The translations under genes were made by a program, and so were the position numbers. A model generated the notes under the pieces. It did not search any database. It was given only the letters and a program-made list of their open reading frames with translations, and was not told where the DNA came from. DNA of 64,000 nt, taken from the IMG/VR virus record IMGVR_UViG_3300035180_000343, positions 65,322 to 129,321 of that record. One strand, given 5' to 3'. Below, one piece after another: positions 29,439-39,211 of this stretch. This DNA is from a virus. Numbering within the stretch: position 1 is the first letter of the stretch; each line of letters starts with the position of its first letter.

Positions 29439-29647
29439 CGTCCCATGCCTCTAAAAATGCGTCGAGAGAACTGAAGACGACGCTTCATGTTTTTAGGGGG
29501 AACTGAAGAAAAGAATGGCAAATTATATTCGCCTGTGGCAAACTCATTTCCGCATTCCGACATACGAACAAAATTCATCTTCGTTCCTTTATCGTCGGCA
29601 TCAGCTGTTGCGAACTTTACAAATGGGACTTGTTGATATTTGTACAT
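29435..29647 (-). CDS. early hypothetical protein, paralog of 51667..51885
   Basis: shared MY.YQQ.PF.KF...NLPFFSSV.PK. Confidence 0.7.
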   Translation of the reverse strand: MYKYQQVPFVKFATADADDKGTKMNFVRMSECGNEFATGEYNLPFFSSVPPKNMKRRLQFSRRIFRGMGR

Positions 29648-29680
29648 TTTCTTTCTTCTTAATCGCGTTAGAAAACAACT

Positions 29681-30079
29681 TTACTTAACATCTCCAGAAA
29701 CTTTCATGTTTCCTCTGATATGCATTGTCCCATTGACTACTGCATTTCCACGAATCTTTGCGTTCGAATAGACACTCGCACAATCGCAAACCTCTGCATT
29801 CTCAAAAACTTCCGAGTCTCCAGCAACCCACGAGTCACCACAAACCTTTGCGTTTCCGTAGATCATTGCATTTCCATAAACCCATGCGTTCTCAAAGACT
29901 TGTGCGTCGTCAAACACCATTGCGTTTTCATAAACCCAAGAATCTCCATCTTGGGACAAATTTGCTTCGGACGCAATCCAGCCGCCAAGATCACCGGCCT
30001 TTACATTGCCGAAGTCCTTGAGTGCTTTGATTTGGAACAGGCCGCGGTCGTTCTTGATATCCGTCAACTCATATTTCAT
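29681..30079 (-). CDS. hexapeptide-repeat (left-handed beta-helix) protein
   Basis: V(Y/F)xNAx repeats; paralog of 40820..41188. Confidence 0.8.
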   Translation of the reverse strand: MKYELTDIKNDRGLFQIKALKDFGNVKAGDLGGWIASEANLSQDGDSWVYENAMVFDDAQVFENAWVYGNAMIYGNAKVCGDSWVAGDSEVFENAEVCDCASVYSNAKIRGNAVVNGTMHIRGNMKVSGDVK

Positions 30080-30115
30080 TTTATTACTCCTTCACTGTTT
30101 AACCACTATAAACAA

Positions 30116-30144
30116 ATTATAAAAGAAGTCTGAGAGAATGTCAA
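30116..30144 (-). promoter_or_regulatory. repeated sigma70 early promoter copy 3
   Basis: TTGACA-17-TATAAT. Confidence 0.85.
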
Positions 30145-30171
30145 GAACTTTTCGAAATTTTTACAAAAAAA

Positions 30172-30201
30172 TGTGGAGGACATTTTGACATGTCTTCCAC
30201 A
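30172..30201 (-). terminator. terminator after gp32, near-identical to 48933-48962
   Basis: tgtggagga...tcttccaca stem, U-run on minus strand. Confidence 0.75.
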
Positions 30202-30210
30202 CATCCAACA

Positions 30211-31146
30211 TTAGAACGGGATGTCGTCTTCGTCGCTTGCCAAGGATTTGAAGAAGTCGTCGTCATCGCTGTTTAGGACAGTCTCTTTCTTCTCTGCTCC
30301 CCGCGATTGTGTCGGCTTTTCAAATGGGGTTTCGGTTTCCTTAACTCCACTTGTCATTGCCTCAAGCTCTTTTTCTGCCTTGACATCTTCAATGCCGATG
30401 ATAGAATTGAATTTCTTGGTCAGCTCTTCGAACGATTTGAAATGCACTGGAGAAACGATCTCTTGAAGATCAGTCATTTCCTCAAGAATAGCCTCCAACT
30501 TCTTTTCATCTCCGTCGAACAAGTCCTCGGCTGGAGATACCTCGGACAGGTCATAGTTACGATAACCTTCGACCTTCCGAATCTTCAACTTCATAATACA
30601 ACCGTCGAAGAAAGCAAACGGATCTCGTGGCTCTTCGCCAAATTCTGCTGGGGGATCCATTGCCAATTTTAGCTTGTCAAAGATTTTAGCACCGAACTTG
30701 AACTTGAATACCTTGCCTTCACATTCGGGTTTCTTTGCATCAGTGATGACAATAATGTTCGCAATATAACTCATCTTACGTTTGCGTTCGCGAGCAACTA
30801 CTTTATCCGATTCGATGCCAGAATTCCACAAAATAGAATTCTCTACACAAACTGGACATTCTTGGTTTAATGTAGTCGGACAGTTCTCGATAAACCATTT
30901 CCCCTTAGGTCCTTTGAACCCATGGGAATACATCTTTACGAACGGCAGACCGTCTTCTGTTTTTGCTGGAAGAAAACGAATCTTTGCAAAGCCGTTGCCG
31001 TTCTCGTCTACTGTTGGTTGCCAAAATCCTTCGTCGTCCTTTGCAAACTTGCCTGCGGATGCTTCTTCGGCAACATTCTTTTTCAACTTGTCTAGTAGGG
31101 ACGATGATTTGTTTTTCTTTAGTGCGCTTAAATTTATAGCTGTCAT
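30211..31146 (-). CDS. 32: single-stranded DNA-binding protein gp32
   Basis: GNGFAKIRFLP, ENCPTT...CPVC, acidic tail DDDIPF. Confidence 0.96.
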   Translation of the reverse strand: MTAINLSALKKNKSSSLLDKLKKNVAEEASAGKFAKDDEGFWQPTVDENGNGFAKIRFLPAKTEDGLPFVKMYSHGFKGPKGKWFIENCPTTLNQECPVCVENSILWNSGIESDKVVARERKRKMSYIANIIVITDAKKPECEGKVFKFKFGAKIFDKLKLAMDPPAEFGEEPRDPFAFFDGCIMKLKIRKVEGYRNYDLSEVSPAEDLFDGDEKKLEAILEEMTDLQEIVSPVHFKSFEELTKKFNSIIGIEDVKAEKELEAMTSGVKETETPFEKPTQSRGAEKKETVLNSDDDDFFKSLASDEDDIPF

Positions 31147-31204
31147 GTTTCGGGTCTTCCTTATGGTTTGGGTCTTACAATTAGTTTTGGGTCTTGCTGT
31201 ATAT

Positions 31205-32269
31205 TTAGCTCAGTTTTAACAGCAACGTATCTGACGTAAGTCGACTTGAGATGGTTCCTTCGACTGACGCAATCGAATCAAAAATCTTCTTCAATTCAGA
31301 TACCGATTTGTTGACAATTTCCTTCACAAAGAGATCTGGTTTCCGAATGGTTTTCCACAACGACTTTTCCAAGTCATATCCACGAATAGACGTTCCAGAA
31401 ACTGTCAATCCAGCTGGTTCGGTTGAAACGAAGAATCCAAACTTACGACGGACGACGTCATAAACCCACAGTTGACGAGAGCCAACAATTCTAATTGGGT
31501 TCACTGATTGAATGTTGAATTCTTCGCTCTTCCCCAAATAATTCAGCTTCTGAACAACCTTTGCGGCGTTCACTTTTTTGACCACTGGGGCCTTGACTCG
31601 AGTTTTACGAGTCGCATGAACGAATGAGGAAATTCGTTCTTTTAGTTTTTTCATTTCCGATTTCAGTGTTTTTGCAGTCGTTTGGTTATATTGATCTTCG
31701 TTCTCCTTAATATCTAACAGAAGAGATTCAATTTGCTTAACACCTTCTGCCAACGACTTTGCATCGTGGCCATTTACATCGATTTTAATTGGCTTGTTAA
31801 GCACCAATCCATCGATAAAATATTCCAATTCTTCGAGGAAGAGATTGGGTTTGGGTTGAACAACCCGAGCTGGTTTAACTTCTACTTCTACTTCGTCCAC
31901 TTCTTTATAATTTGCTGCCAATGATTCCAACCGATTCTTCATCTTCTCTAGGTCGGAATCCATCAAATCAAACCCACGGTCTTTGATCCGCAATACAAAT
32001 CCAATATTCTTAAACTCGTCGCGATGAACCTTTTGTAGGGTCGAAACAATTTGTGGAAGCTCTTTCTTCGCGAACCAAATTGAATACGTTTTGCTATCAT
32101 CTTGAGAAGCAGTTGCCGCATAAAAATTCAGTGCTTTCATGAGCTCCAACCGATACTCGGATGTCTGAATATGATTAATCCATGTCGGCTCAATGCCAGT
32201 TCCAAGCAACTGAACTGCTAACTGTTTTTCTCGATTACCAATCTTTGCCATTTTCTTCTCCGTCATCAC
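31205..32269 (-). CDS. conserved T4-like hypothetical protein
   Basis: long ORF after early promoter; SVNP..IVGS..LWVYD motif. Confidence 0.7.
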   Translation of the reverse strand: MMTEKKMAKIGNREKQLAVQLLGTGIEPTWINHIQTSEYRLELMKALNFYAATASQDDSKTYSIWFAKKELPQIVSTLQKVHRDEFKNIGFVLRIKDRGFDLMDSDLEKMKNRLESLAANYKEVDEVEVEVKPARVVQPKPNLFLEELEYFIDGLVLNKPIKIDVNGHDAKSLAEGVKQIESLLLDIKENEDQYNQTTAKTLKSEMKKLKERISSFVHATRKTRVKAPVVKKVNAAKVVQKLNYLGKSEEFNIQSVNPIRIVGSRQLWVYDVVRRKFGFFVSTEPAGLTVSGTSIRGYDLEKSLWKTIRKPDLFVKEIVNKSVSELKKIFDSIASVEGTISSRLTSDTLLLKLS

Positions 32270-32285
32270 TCAACCATCTGAACAA

Positions 32286-32314
32286 ATTATATAAGAAATC
32301 CGGAAGAATGTCAA
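32286..32314 (-). promoter_or_regulatory. repeated sigma70 early promoter copy 4
   Basis: TTGACA-17-TATAAT. Confidence 0.85.
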
Positions 32315-32316
32315 GG

Positions 32317-32607
32317 CTAGAACAGTGGCAATTTATATTTTTCACAGAAATGTTCCAGGAAAGCGGCAGAAACTCCGAAATGCGCCGCTAAACCTTCTCT
32401 CGTTCTGTGCTCATTGAACATCGAAAGCCACTTGTCGATGTCGATCAATTTCATAACAATTTCGGCCTCACGATTCAGCAGACAAATTCGGTATTGGTCT
32501 TCTATCATCTTCTCGGCGATGTTATAATCAATCGTCATTTTCTGTCTCCCGTTGAACAGCAAAATCACCGAACAAAACTGGCCACCGTTTGGCAAATTCG
32601 TCACCAA
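32317..32607 (-). CDS. hypothetical protein (true start probably MTIDYN)
   Basis: ORF; 5' part overlaps thyX. Confidence 0.5.
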   Translation of the reverse strand: MVTNLPNGGQFCSVILLFNGRQKMTIDYNIAEKMIEDQYRICLLNREAEIVMKLIDIDKWLSMFNEHRTREGLAAHFGVSAAFLEHFCEKYKLPLF

Positions 32608-33178
32608 GTGGAATCATGATCTGTCGAATTTGTGGATGTGCGTCTCGATGTGTCCTAAGACGCAAAACGTGTCGCCATTCTCTAGCATTAGCAGTCATTT
32701 GAATTTCTGTCTTGGTGCTGTTTGGAAGAACGGACCGCGCTTCCTGGGGACTTGCTCCAGCCTCTAGCATCGCAAAATAAGTTTCTTCCGCAAAGTTCAT
32801 TCCAATCTGCCAGACCGCACGACATTCTGGCGAAGAATCCGGGAATGCTCCAAACGGATCAATGACAGTGATTTCATTTCCGAACTTTTCTTTTCCGTAA
32901 TTACAATATCGCGTCGACTCTTGACTATACGCGGCTAAACGATGTCGCACTAATTCGTGGGACACTCCACGATCAGTCACGAACTTCACAGTGATTACAC
33001 CGTGCTCTAATACGCTTTCGTGTTTCATGTTCATTAACCGAGAGATCAGTGCTTCGTCTGACCCCGGACACATTTTGTCTTCACTCTTGTAACAGACTCG
33101 ACCGCCGAGCTCGATGTTTCGAAGCAAATCGTTGTGGTCGATGATTTCGAATGATGGTTGAATTACTCGCACAGTCAA
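32528..33178 (-). CDS. thyX: flavin-dependent thymidylate synthase
   Basis: HESVLEH, RGVSHELVRHR, SQESTRY. Confidence 0.96.
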   Translation of the reverse strand: MTVRVIQPSFEIIDHNDLLRNIELGGRVCYKSEDKMCPGSDEALISRLMNMKHESVLEHGVITVKFVTDRGVSHELVRHRLAAYSQESTRYCNYGKEKFGNEITVIDPFGAFPDSSPECRAVWQIGMNFAEETYFAMLEAGASPQEARSVLPNSTKTEIQMTANAREWRHVLRLRTHRDAHPQIRQIMIPLGDEFAKRWPVLFGDFAVQRETENDD

Positions 33179-33375
33179 ACTCCGTTGATGATTTTGGAAA
33201 ATTTTTCATTTGCTACTTTTAAAGACGCATACGATCCTTTAGGGTCAATTTTATTTCGGTCGACCTGTTCAATTTGATATTCTTTTGAATGATTAAAAAT
33301 ATCTTCAATCTCAACAATCCTTAGAAAAAGATTCTTGCTTGAATGAACGCGAACGACATGTCGATTTGCTAGCAT
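33175..33375 (-). CDS. hypothetical protein
   Basis: ORF coupled to thyX. Confidence 0.5.
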   Translation of the reverse strand: MLANRHVVRVHSSKNLFLRIVEIEDIFNHSKEYQIEQVDRNKIDPKGSYASLKVANEKFSKIINGV

Positions 33376-33533
33376 TTGAACCTCAAGTAATAATTTACTT
33401 TAATATCAATAAGTTAAGTCATTTTCTTCAAGTAAACTTTATACTTTAAAATCAATGACTTACCCGTTTTGGCATGTTTACGACGTCTTTTTTAATGTTT
33501 GAGCTACCCTAGCTCGTTTTTCTTTGCGTAATC

Positions 33534-34445
33534 TCAGCCATTTCTCTTTTCATACATTGCACCCTTAGCCAAGCCCTCAGAAACGTATATAGACGAGATT
33601 TTGTCTACATCCAGCCCGTCTGTCAAGCATTCGGCCTTTATTTGTTCTACAAAAAAGTCGGTAAGGTTTTCAACTGTGGTTTCAGTGTCAACAATTTGAT
33701 ATTTTGCATCGTCCGAAATAATCTTAATTTGAATAGTCCCACGACACTTGCTATCATATGTGACAGTCTTTGATGATTCATCCCAGTTGCTCGACCAAAT
33801 GAACATTGTGTTGTCAAATTTGGCTACAACCTTTTGAATTGTTTTTCCAAACCCAACTAATTCATCTTTTGAAATGGAATTGATTGTAACCGTCAAATAA
33901 GACAGATGACCATGTAAAGTCTGACATCCAAACGAAGAAGAGTTCTTCAAACCATGGGTATAGGAGAAATAAAATACGTTTTCATTATTTTGACCAGGCA
34001 TTCCTTCGATGTCAATTGTGTTGAAACATTTAATCTTAAGAGTTGGGTTCAACTCATTCAAATATTCTTCCAGTGCAACCGTGAAGGTATCAAACAGATT
34101 CTTTTCGGGATCTTCTTCGATGAACCGAACCCCATTATCTGGAACTCTAATCTCAAACATCTTCGTCTTAATGATATAGACATGCCCAACTAACTTCGTC
34201 GAAACAACACCAGATCGATTAGAAATGATTAACTTGTGGTCAAACCCAGTCTCTTTGTCGTCAATCTGACTCTTCAATTTCTTTTTAATTGAAGAAAAAT
34301 CTTCGACAACTTGTTCTTCATTGTCGGTTGATCCGGAAACGGTGAATTTTGGGTTAAACGAAGCCCCCAAAATATTTCCATTTTCTGTAATAAAAGCACA
34401 ATCAATGGTAGTAACCTGACCTAACCACATCGTCGAAGTGTTCAT
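33534..34445 (-). CDS. queD: tandem-domain QueD-like (T-fold) CPH4 synthase
   Basis: FDHKL, YTHGL...CQTLHGHLS, ETTVEN. Confidence 0.75.
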   Translation of the reverse strand: MNTSTMWLGQVTTIDCAFITENGNILGASFNPKFTVSGSTDNEEQVVEDFSSIKKKLKSQIDDKETGFDHKLIISNRSGVVSTKLVGHVYIIKTKMFEIRVPDNGVRFIEEDPEKNLFDTFTVALEEYLNELNPTLKIKCFNTIDIEGMPGQNNENVFYFSYTHGLKNSSSFGCQTLHGHLSYLTVTINSISKDELVGFGKTIQKVVAKFDNTMFIWSSNWDESSKTVTYDSKCRGTIQIKIISDDAKYQIVDTETTVENLTDFFVEQIKAECLTDGLDVDKISSIYVSEGLAKGAMYEKRNG

Positions 34446-34501
34446 TTATAAATCCCTTTGTAAAATTGTAGTATAACTGAAAATGTCTGACTTGTCAAAC
34501 C

Positions 34502-37498
34502 TTAAAAGAAATCATCGATGCTATATCGTTTTTCGGCCGACCAATTGATGGTAGATAGAATGTTGTTAATCGGACTCATGAATGCTTTTTCCCATTGAAG
34601 TTCCTTGTCAATGTACGGGACCAAATCGGGTGGCATTTTATCGACAAAAGCAAACGCATTCTCTCGCATTGGATTTGGAATTTTCATATAGAAAAACTTG
34701 ATCTTTTCCCCTTCTCCTACCAATCTAAACTCTGATTCCAATTTAGAATCGGTGACGTACTTATTATACATCAATGCTGCTCGAACGTGAAACGGCGTTC
34801 CTCCCCTATAAATTGAATTTTTGTCCTTATACTTTTCCAAGTTATTAGCAGTTCTTGGAAAGGCAATCTGCTCTGGGGGAAAATTCATGAATTCATTTTT
34901 ACACTGTTTGATGAATTCTTGCAAATCAGACTCGGTGCTCAATAAGCATTTCTGTAGAGCAGTCTTTAAAGTTTTTCTACATACGGTTGGAGTGCTCGCC
35001 CGATTAACTTCGATTCCAGTTACTGAAATCTGTGGCTCGTCATATATTACACCTTCATTATAAAGATAGGCAAGAACATATCGTTTCTTCCCTCTCCAAA
35101 TTGCGGCCTGACAAATCTTTTCAATCTTAAATGCAAATGCATTCTCATAACAATTTAGGCCGTCGAATATTTCCTTACATGCCGCATCTACTACCTGTTG
35201 AAGTTTTTGGTTAACGAATTTCTCGATAGCGATAGCAATTTTGTTTGCATTAGATAAAATTGATTCTGGGAATAGTTTTGTAACTATTTGATTTAAATCG
35301 AGATATAATGAATTGTGCACTAAAATGTTGTTGGCAAAAAAGTTATGACATTCATTCACTTCGATGTCATATACCCAATCTTCAACGATTCCCAATGACT
35401 CAATCTTAAAATCTGTTTCTTCTTTCATCGATGTTCTTTTGAGTTTAATAAATTTGTCCGATGATAGTACATCTTTTGGTTTAATGGAAATTATTTCCCC
35501 GTCTCGCTTAACAATCAAGGAATGGTCGGAGGTACAAATAATAGAATCTTTCCCCACAGTTATTTTAAACATCTCTTTCTTTACTTTATGTTTCATAACA
35601 TAGTTGATTGGTCTATATACTTGGTTTCCCTCGGAATCGACGGCTGCTGCGTTCAATCCAACTTTAGACTTTACTATATTTCCGGTACTTGTTTTAATCT
35701 CGGGTGCATCTGTTTGATTAAAGATTTCCTCGATTGTCTTTTGGCAATTGTCTAGCTGAATTAACGACGATCCAGCGACGGAATCAGTATCGGTGTACGC
35801 AACAAAATCAATATCCTGTGTTTTCAGCAATTGATTCAAAAATTCGTTGACTCGATTGCCGACATGACGAATCAACAACTGACCAGTCAACGTCGTTGCT
35901 TCCGCACACCTATTGTCAAAGTGTCTGAAGAAACGATTAGCAGTGGCGCCATAAAACGAATTCAACAACGTTTTCAATGCGTTTTGTTTATTATCTAACG
36001 CTGAAATTTCCAAATCCAGTTCTAACTTTCGCCTTTCGTCTGTCTCTTTTTGCTTTTCCTTTTTCTTCTCGATCATCAACTTTTTCGTATCTGCGCGTCT
36101 ATTATATACTCGAGTTACGATCTTTCCGATATGACTTTGTTTACGCCGATAAAAAGATCCATTAGGAGCAAACGACAAGTCATACTTCTTTAAAACTGCT
36201 TCAATCTTTTTAATGTTCTTTAACAAAGCATCGACAGAATGCATTAAATAGAATTCTCTGAGCTCCAATGGAAGAGCGTCATATTCAACAATTGTCTCGG
36301 ATGAAATATTAACAGAACGAATATTAGATGGGTAAAGTGAGTTTGCATCGAGACTTACTACCCATTCATGTCGCCCAACAATCGGGTCTTTTACATACGC
36401 ACCTTCAATTGAACTTGAATCGCTTGGAGGTGTAAAAACAGCATCGACAAAAATGTTTTCCCTTGCCAGCTCATTTTGAATAAAGAAATCCCATGTTTTA
36501 ACTGGGCTAAACACGTCCTCGTAGTTCACCCCAGCCATATAGGCAACACTGATATGCTGGCTTAGAAGTTTCTTTTTGTTTTCAATGTCTACAATTAGTT
36601 GAACGTCTATGCAGTTATATTCGACGAACTTTTTCCAGTCTCGATCTTGAAATGCTTGGAATGATTCAAACTCGCTGTGATCTAGCTTGTTTGCGCCAAG
36701 CACTTCGAACGCTATATCGTCAAGTTTATAACTTTCTCTTTCACCTGGAACATACTTCTTAAACAAGTCAAGATAATCAATGAGAGCAATGCCACCAATC
36801 TTATATGAATAAGAATTTGTTAGATCATCATACCTCTCATATATGTTACCAATTGGCGAAAGTCGTTTTGTTTCTTCTGGGCCAAGAATTTTCGATATCC
36901 GACGAACTAGATATGGGATATCAAACCCGTCACTATTCCATCCTACGATGATGTCTGGACAATTTCCGTTAATATGATTTACAAAAGATTGAAGAAGGAA
37001 TTGTTCAGTTGCACAATAACGATAATCTGTCTTATCTGTTTCAAGCGGATGAAGTCCCCATGTGATGAACTTAGACCCGTTAAAAATTGTGATGAGGGAA
37101 ACCCTTTCTGCAGCATCCCTCGGATTTGGGAATCCACCGAGAACAACCTCGGTTTCGATGTCCAAATAATAAGTTAGAATCTTTGATTCATCATACGTCG
37201 ACGGAATTTCAAATTTCTCTGAGATATATGCGTAGGGGAAATTGGTATTTCCAAACAGCTCAAACCCTACAACAGCATCATATTCCTTTAAGTATTCTTT
37301 TGCTTCTCGAATTGAATCGAATTTGGTGGGGGAAATATTATCTCCCTTCATCGACTTATACTTAGATTCCTTGTTTGACTTGGTGAATAAAGTAGGGGAA
37401 TATTCGTCAATGGTCGTGACACGATTGCCATTCCGATCAATAAATCTACAAAAGACTTTGTTTCGATATTGCTGGAAATTTAGAAAAAACGGTTGCAT
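34502..37498 (-). CDS. 43: family B DNA polymerase gp43 with mini-intein
   Basis: DIETE, WNSDGFD, SLDANSLYPS, KTLLNSFYG, YTDTD|S. Confidence 0.97.
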   Translation of the reverse strand: MQPFFLNFQQYRNKVFCRFIDRNGNRVTTIDEYSPTLFTKSNKESKYKSMKGDNISPTKFDSIREAKEYLKEYDAVVGFELFGNTNFPYAYISEKFEIPSTYDESKILTYYLDIETEVVLGGFPNPRDAAERVSLITIFNGSKFITWGLHPLETDKTDYRYCATEQFLLQSFVNHINGNCPDIIVGWNSDGFDIPYLVRRISKILGPEETKRLSPIGNIYERYDDLTNSYSYKIGGIALIDYLDLFKKYVPGERESYKLDDIAFEVLGANKLDHSEFESFQAFQDRDWKKFVEYNCIDVQLIVDIENKKKLLSQHISVAYMAGVNYEDVFSPVKTWDFFIQNELARENIFVDAVFTPPSDSSSIEGAYVKDPIVGRHEWVVSLDANSLYPSNIRSVNISSETIVEYDALPLELREFYLMHSVDALLKNIKKIEAVLKKYDLSFAPNGSFYRRKQSHIGKIVTRVYNRRADTKKLMIEKKKEKQKETDERRKLELDLEISALDNKQNALKTLLNSFYGATANRFFRHFDNRCAEATTLTGQLLIRHVGNRVNEFLNQLLKTQDIDFVAYTDTDSVAGSSLIQLDNCQKTIEEIFNQTDAPEIKTSTGNIVKSKVGLNAAAVDSEGNQVYRPINYVMKHKVKKEMFKITVGKDSIICTSDHSLIVKRDGEIISIKPKDVLSSDKFIKLKRTSMKEETDFKIESLGIVEDWVYDIEVNECHNFFANNILVHNSLYLDLNQIVTKLFPESILSNANKIAIAIEKFVNQKLQQVVDAACKEIFDGLNCYENAFAFKIEKICQAAIWRGKKRYVLAYLYNEGVIYDEPQISVTGIEVNRASTPTVCRKTLKTALQKCLLSTESDLQEFIKQCKNEFMNFPPEQIAFPRTANNLEKYKDKNSIYRGGTPFHVRAALMYNKYVTDSKLESEFRLVGEGEKIKFFYMKIPNPMRENAFAFVDKMPPDLVPYIDKELQWEKAFMSPINNILSTINWSAEKRYSIDDFF
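35312..35782 (-). other. 157-aa mini-intein in polymerase motif C
   Basis: YTDTD|SVAGSS...NNILVHN|SLY; Ser1; CTSDHS block B. Confidence 0.92.
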
Positions 37499-37547
37499 GT
37501 ATTTCCCTCTCGCTAAACCACAATTTTAAAGTCTTTTAAGCTGAAAG

Positions 37548-37751
37548 TCAAATGTCTTTCAGCTTGGTGGTTAACCAAAGGTAGATTGGTCGTTGTGCCT
37601 TTTCGTGATGTGTCAACGTGTCTTTGATTTGCTGAACGACGGCTGGGATTGGAACAAAATCTGAAGAATCTGTCAGATCAATTGTTGGCATCTCTTCCTG
37701 TTCCGGAGACTGTGCCACTGGAACACTCTTCTTTCTTTTCGCTTCTCCCAT
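37548..37751 (-). CDS. hypothetical protein
   Basis: MGEAKRKK N-terminus. Confidence 0.55.
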   Translation of the reverse strand: MGEAKRKKSVPVAQSPEQEEMPTIDLTDSSDFVPIPAVVQQIKDTLTHHEKAQRPIYLWLTTKLKDI

Positions 37752-37753
37752 TT

Positions 37754-38644
37754 TTAAGCTCCAATTGCGTTGTTATATACTTCAACTTGAAGTCTTGGGC
37801 TGAACATAAATCCTTTATTAAGGGCATAATCTGCAATAAAATGTTCGATTTTATTTTGTTGTTCTAGATCAGCACCAACAGGCATCAATGCAATTTTAAA
37901 ATTACCATTCTGTTCAATTCCGAGTTTATCAATGGCAGCTTTAAGATCTCGAACCGAACTAATATTCCAATCAACTACAAACTTATATCCAATTGAAAGA
38001 TTCGTTGGAAATTCCGAAATCAAATTATCGAACGCACCAGGAATAATTGCCTTTTCGCTCTTCTCACCTGAAACACTTTCCAATTTCGGGCTGACATTGA
38101 TTTCAACTGGAACATCCCCAACCAATCGTTTGAATTCGAAAACAAATTCTTTTGATAGCACTTGGGTTCCATTGGTCTCAAAACAGAACTTTTTGAACAC
38201 AATGTTTCTTTTTTGAAATTCTTGTAGAATTAACAATATTGCTTCTTGGTTCACTGGAAGAAACGGCTCGCCTCCAGTGAATGTCATATTAAACTTTGAA
38301 GAGGGAACAAAGGAAGGCAACAAATCAAGAAGATTATCGACAACTTCTTCTGGTGTCTCGTTCTTCTGGAGTTTCTTAAACGGCCCAGCCCAACTATACG
38401 CACTGTCACATCCGAGCGAAAATTGTTCTGCAGTTAGTTGTTCGACCCCAATGTCATTGTTTGTTGCTTTAGCAATTTCAATATAAGAATCTAGGTGGGA
38501 ATCGACACCAGAATTTCCAAACCCAGCACATTGAAGGTTGCAACCAAAAAACCTTAACCAAAGACTTGGCTCCCCAACTTGGAATGCCTCTCCTTGCATC
38601 GAGGCAAACATTTCACTATAACGAATCAATTTAGACATGTTCAA
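37754..38644 (-). CDS. queE: radical SAM 7-carboxy-7-deazaguanine synthase QueE
   Basis: SMQGE, RFFGCNLQC...CDS, TGGEP, ETNGT, SPK. Confidence 0.92.
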   Translation of the reverse strand: MNMSKLIRYSEMFASMQGEAFQVGEPSLWLRFFGCNLQCAGFGNSGVDSHLDSYIEIAKATNNDIGVEQLTAEQFSLGCDSAYSWAGPFKKLQKNETPEEVVDNLLDLLPSFVPSSKFNMTFTGGEPFLPVNQEAILLILQEFQKRNIVFKKFCFETNGTQVLSKEFVFEFKRLVGDVPVEINVSPKLESVSGEKSEKAIIPGAFDNLISEFPTNLSIGYKFVVDWNISSVRDLKAAIDKLGIEQNGNFKIALMPVGADLEQQNKIEHFIADYALNKGFMFSPRLQVEVYNNAIGA

Positions 38645-39194
38645 GTTCCTTAATTACGAATTCAATTCTTTCATCTAGATCGATAATCGATTCTGGAATA
38701 CAAATCATTGTCACCCCGTTGATCGAAATTCGACCAAATATGTATTTCAATGATTCGTTTATACTTTTCACGAAAGAGGAATCACACGATGCTTTATATT
38801 TCAAATTGCGTTCTTCTTCTGGAATTTCAATTCCAGGTTGAACAAGAAAGACGACATCAAAATATGATTGCAAATTCTTAAAACATTTCAATGTATGTTC
38901 GCCATCATATCCATATAAACGTGAATTGTGAGATTCAATATAAGAGGAATAAGCCAATACATCCAGTGGAGTTCTATCGGAAACAAAATCAATTCGTTTG
39001 TATTCTTTAAATTGTTTCTTCAGATATTTCCGAATCTTCTCTTGTGTTTCAAGAGAACTAGCCACTTCTAATCTATGTTCTTCTAGGAACTTTGCAACGT
39101 TGGTTTCGAGAAATTCATACCCCAGTCGTTCTGCTAAAGCAATGGCAAGTGTCGTCTTGCCAGTTCGTTGTGCCCCACAAATTCCAATTCTCAT
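38631..39194 (-). CDS. P-loop nucleotide kinase (AAA_28/NadR-like)
   Basis: GAQRTGKTT, SDRTPLD. Confidence 0.8.
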   Translation of the reverse strand: MRIGICGAQRTGKTTLAIALAERLGYEFLETNVAKFLEEHRLEVASSLETQEKIRKYLKKQFKEYKRIDFVSDRTPLDVLAYSSYIESHNSRLYGYDGEHTLKCFKNLQSYFDVVFLVQPGIEIPEEERNLKYKASCDSSFVKSINESLKYIFGRISINGVTMICIPESIIDLDERIEFVIKELEHV

Positions 39195-39211
39195 CTTACT
39201 TCTCCTTTGTG

